The position numbers and the translations under genes are program-made. From Mobula hypostoma (Eukaryota), in contig NC_086097.1 in the NCBI RefSeq assembly GCF_963921235.1, positions 186,126,001 to 186,190,000 of the forward strand: a DNA stretch of 64,000 nucleotides, written 5' to 3'. The notes below the pieces were generated by a model that had not been told where the DNA came from, searched no databases, and saw nothing but the letters and a program-made list of their open reading frames with translations. Shown in pieces: positions 60,687-64,000 of the stretch; positions within the stretch are counted from its first letter, which is position 1, and every line of letters starts with the position of its first letter.

Positions 60687-62000
60687 GGTAAGGCCAAATC
60701 TGAAGTATTGTGTACAGTTCTGGTCACCAAATTATAGGAAGGATGTCAATAAAATTGAGAGAGTACAGAGGAGGTTTACTAAAATGTTGCCTGGGTTTCT
60801 TCTCCTAAGTTAAAGAGAAAGGTTGAACAAGTTAGGTCGACTAGGAAAAGGGGAGGTGCAACGAGACCTGGGTGTCATTATACACCAGTCATTGAAAGTG
60901 GGCATGCAGGTACAGCAGGCGGTGAAAAAGGCCAATGCTATGCTGGCATTTATAGTGAGAGGATTCGAGTACAGGAGCAGGGAGGTACTACTGCAGTTGT
61001 ACAAGGCCTTGGTGAGACCACACCTGGAGTGTTGTGTGCAGTTTTGGTCCCCTAATCTGAGGAAAGACATCCTTGCCATAGAGGGAGTACAAAGAAGGTT
61101 CACCAGATTGATTCCTGGGATGGCAGGACTTTCATATGAAGAAAGACTGGATGAACTGGGCTTGTACTCGTTGGAATTTAGAAGATTGAGGGGGGATCTG
61201 ATTGAAACATATAAGATCCTAAAGGGATTGGACAGGCTAGATGCAGGAAGATTGTTCCCGATGTTGGGGAAGTCCAAAACGAGGGGCCACAGTTTGAGGA
61301 TAGAGGGGAAGCCTTTTAGGACCGAGATTAGGAAAAACTTCTTCACACAGAGAGTGGTGAATCTGTGGAATTCTCTGCCACAGGAAACAGTTGAGGCCAG
61401 TTCATTGGCTATATTTAAGAGGGAGTTAGATATGGCCCTTGTGGCTAAAGGGATCAGAGGGTATGGAGGGAAGGCTGGTACAGGGTTCTGAGTTGGATGA
61501 TCAGCCATGATCATAATAAATGGCGGTGCAGGCTCGAAGGGCTGAATGGCCTACTCCTGCACCTATTTTCTATGTTTCTATGTTTCTATGTTTATTCTTT
61601 GGAGCGTAGAAGGTTGAGGGGGGACTTGATAGAGGTATTTAAAATTATGAGGGGGATAGATTGAGTTGATGTGGATAGGCATTTTCCATTGAGAGTAGGG
61701 GAGATTCAAACAAAAGGACATAAGTTGAGAGTTAGGGGGCAAAAGTTTAGGGGTAACACGAGGGGAACTTCTTTACTCAGAGTGGTAGCTGTGTGGAATG
61801 AGCTTCCAGCAGAAGTGGTAGAGGCATGTTTGATATTGTCATTTAAAGTAAAATTGGATAGCTATGTGGACAGGAAAAGAATGGAGGGTTATGGGCTGAG
61901 TGCAGGTCGGTGGGACTAGGTGAGAGTAAGCGTTCGGCACGGACTAGAAGGGCTGAGATGGCCTGTTTCCATGCTGTAATTGTTATATGGTTGCATGGTT
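60687..62000 (+). mobile_element. CR1 3' fragment (subfamily with ATATGGTT-like tail), split by a younger CR1
   Basis: Matches the uninterrupted copy at 63820-64000 on both sides of the 60839-61590 insert. Confidence 0.88.
60839..61590 (+). mobile_element. Young CR1 3' fragment
   Basis: Open RT C-terminal frame and (TTTCTATG)n tail. Very similar to the reverse complement of 27309-28060. Confidence 0.95.
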
Positions 62001-62611
62001 ATATGAGCAAGAACTTTGTCACCCAGAGGATGAATTGCAATCAGGCACCTGAGAAGGTGGTGAAATCAGGAAAAAAAAATCTGGATGAGCACTTGAATTG
62101 CCAAGGAATAGCAAGGTATGGACCAAGTACTGGTCAATGGGATTAATATAAATAAGACCTGAGGAAGACACACAAAATTCTGGAAAAACTCAGATGATTT
62201 GAGATAAATTGAGCCAGAGTTTGAAATCACAATGGACGAAAAGACCCAACACTGATCAAGGACAGCAGTAAAGATAAACTGCTAAAGAATACTTAGGAAA
62301 CTTGTATGAATAGAAGTGATGAAGTTCAATAAAAGATTAGAGGGTGCAACAAATGTTTAAATGCAAAGAAATTGCAAGAAAGTGAGATGATAGGTAAAGA
62401 TGTAATTTGGTGGTATGAAAGGAATTGTCTCCACGATAATTTGGAAATGGATCTAGTGGAAAGTTAGTTTGGATGGATGTTCCAATGGTTTATTAGTTCC
62501 TGTCTTCTACATGAGAATTTCTTGTTCACAACCCTGGCTTGTAATCTTTGAGATCTGACTTTAGAATCTCCTTCCTAGCTTCTGCCATCCTCTCAGTGGG
62601 CATGTCTCAGA

Positions 62612-63792
62612 CTGAATTGAATTGACTTTATTATTACTATTACTTATTATTATTATTTACATCCTTCGTATACATGAGTAAAAATCTTTACATTACATAT
62701 CCATCTAAATGTGCAACATGTAATTTACTGTATAGTGTGGCACGTGGCCAGGTGGTTAAGGCATTGGACTAGTAATCTGAAGGTCGCTAGTTCGAGCCCC
62801 AGCCAAGGCAGCGTGTTGTGTCCTTGAGCAAGGCACTTATCCACACAGTGGTCTGCGACGACACTGGTGTCAAGCTGTATTGGCCCTTGCCCTTCCCTTG
62901 GACAACATCGGTGTCGTGGAGAGGGGAGACTTGCAGCATGGGCAACTGCTGGTCTTCCATACAACCTTGCCCAGGCCTTCGCTCTGGAAAGTGAAGACTT
63001 TCCAGGCGCAGATCCATGATCTTGCAAGACTAACGGATGCTTTTAATTAAGTAATTTGTAATAAATAGTATGTAGAACAGGACAGTCAATATAACATAGA
63101 AATACAGTTGTGTCAGCATGAATTAAGCAGTCTAATGGCCTGTTGGAAGAAGCTGTCCTGGCACCAGTTAGTCCTGGCTTTAATTCTTCGGTACCGTTTT
63201 CTGGATGGTAACTGTTGGAACAGTTTGTGGTTGGGGTGACATGGGTCCCCAATGATCATTCGGGCCCTTTTTACACACCTGTCTTTGAAAATGTCCTGAA
63301 TAGTGGGATGTTCACATCTACAGATTGTGCTGGGCTGTCTGCATCACTCTGCAGAGTCCTGTGATTGAGGGAAGTATGGTTCCCATACCAGGCAGTGCTG
63401 CACCCGGTCAAGATACTCTCAATTGTGCCCCTGTAGAAAGCTCTTAGGATTTTGGGGCCCATACCAAACTTCTTCATCTGTCTGAGGTGAAAGAGGCACT
63501 ATTGTGCCTTTTTCACCATGCAGCCAGTATGTACAGACCATGCGAGATCCTTGGTGATGTTTATCCCGAGGACTTTAAGCTGTTCACCCTCTCAACCCCA
63601 GATCCATTGGTCTCAATAGGGGTTAGTCTGTCTCCATTCCTCCTGTAGTCCACAACCATCTCCTTTATTTTTGTGACGTTGAAGGAGAGGTTGTTTTCTT
63701 GACACCACCGTGTCAGGGTGATGACTTATTCTCTGTAGGCTGCCTCATTATTATTCAAGATTAGGCTAATCAGTGCAATGTCGTCAGCAAAC
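62612..63792 (-). mobile_element. Rex1/Babar-like LINE 3' part, split by a SINE
   Basis: FADD at about 63780-63791, KKFGMGPKILRAFYRGTIESILTGC, (CAATT)n tail. Confidence 0.85.
62736..63045 (+). mobile_element. tRNA-derived SINE with CORE-like central domain
   Basis: A box TGGCCAGGTGG, B box GTTCGAGCC, GTGTCCTTGAGCAAGGCACTT. Possible flanking repeat GTAATTT at 62720-62726 and 63051-63057. Confidence 0.85.
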
Positions 63793-63804
63793 CCAGGCCT
63801 TCAA

Positions 63805-64000
63805 GATTTACGAGTATGTTACCTGGGTTTCAGCACCTAAGTTACAGAGAAAGGTTAAACAAGTTAGGTCTTTATTCTTTGGAGCACAGAAGGTTGAGGG
63901 GAGACTTGATAGAGGTGTTTAAGATTATGAGGGGGATTGATAGAGTTGACATGGTTAGACTTTTTCCATTGAGAGTGGGGAAGATTCAAACAAGAGGACA
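63805..64000 (+). mobile_element. CR1 fragment running off the window end
   Basis: YRERLNKLGLYSLEHRRLRGDLIEVFKIM. Confidence 0.88.

Noticed and set aside
60810..61514. Overlapping 234-aa (-) and 222-aa (+) ORFs
   Set aside because: The plus ORF is CR1 RT C-terminus across a nested junction; the minus ORF is its antisense shadow. Neither is a host gene.
62736..62810. tRNA gene
   Set aside because: A and B boxes are present, but the sequence continues into a CORE-like body and tail, so it is a SINE head.

Overview
Eukaryotic (vertebrate) repeat-dense DNA, not prokaryotic. I could not establish any host protein-coding exon, so this is probably intergenic or inside a large intron. The repeat mix (CR1 LINEs with (TTTCTATG)n tails, V-domain SINE, Penelope elements, Rex1/Babar, L1, RTE, Gypsy, BEL/Pao, Tc1, Tigger) suggests a cartilaginous fish, probably a ray (inference). 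Most ORFs in the track are transposon fragments or antisense noise. Many nested insertions can be resolved to the base by target-site duplications (TSDs). Best findings: (1) a 2.07-kb internally deleted Gypsy-like LTR element (5669-7738) whose RT/RNaseH/integrase core is replaced by a segment resembling the C-terminal coiled coil of host CIN85/SH3KBP1, in frame with the putative integrase tail; (2) a hAT-type MITE (60003-60316) carrying a Tc1 transposase fragment; (3) minimal hammerhead ribozyme motifs in Penelope terminal repeats, and three TSD-bounded Penelope insertions sharing an inverted-tail architecture; (4) a full-length L1 with a 15-bp TSD in a three-level nest. Family assignments come from motif recognition and recalled sequences, not database searches. 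Boundaries without TSD support are approximate.
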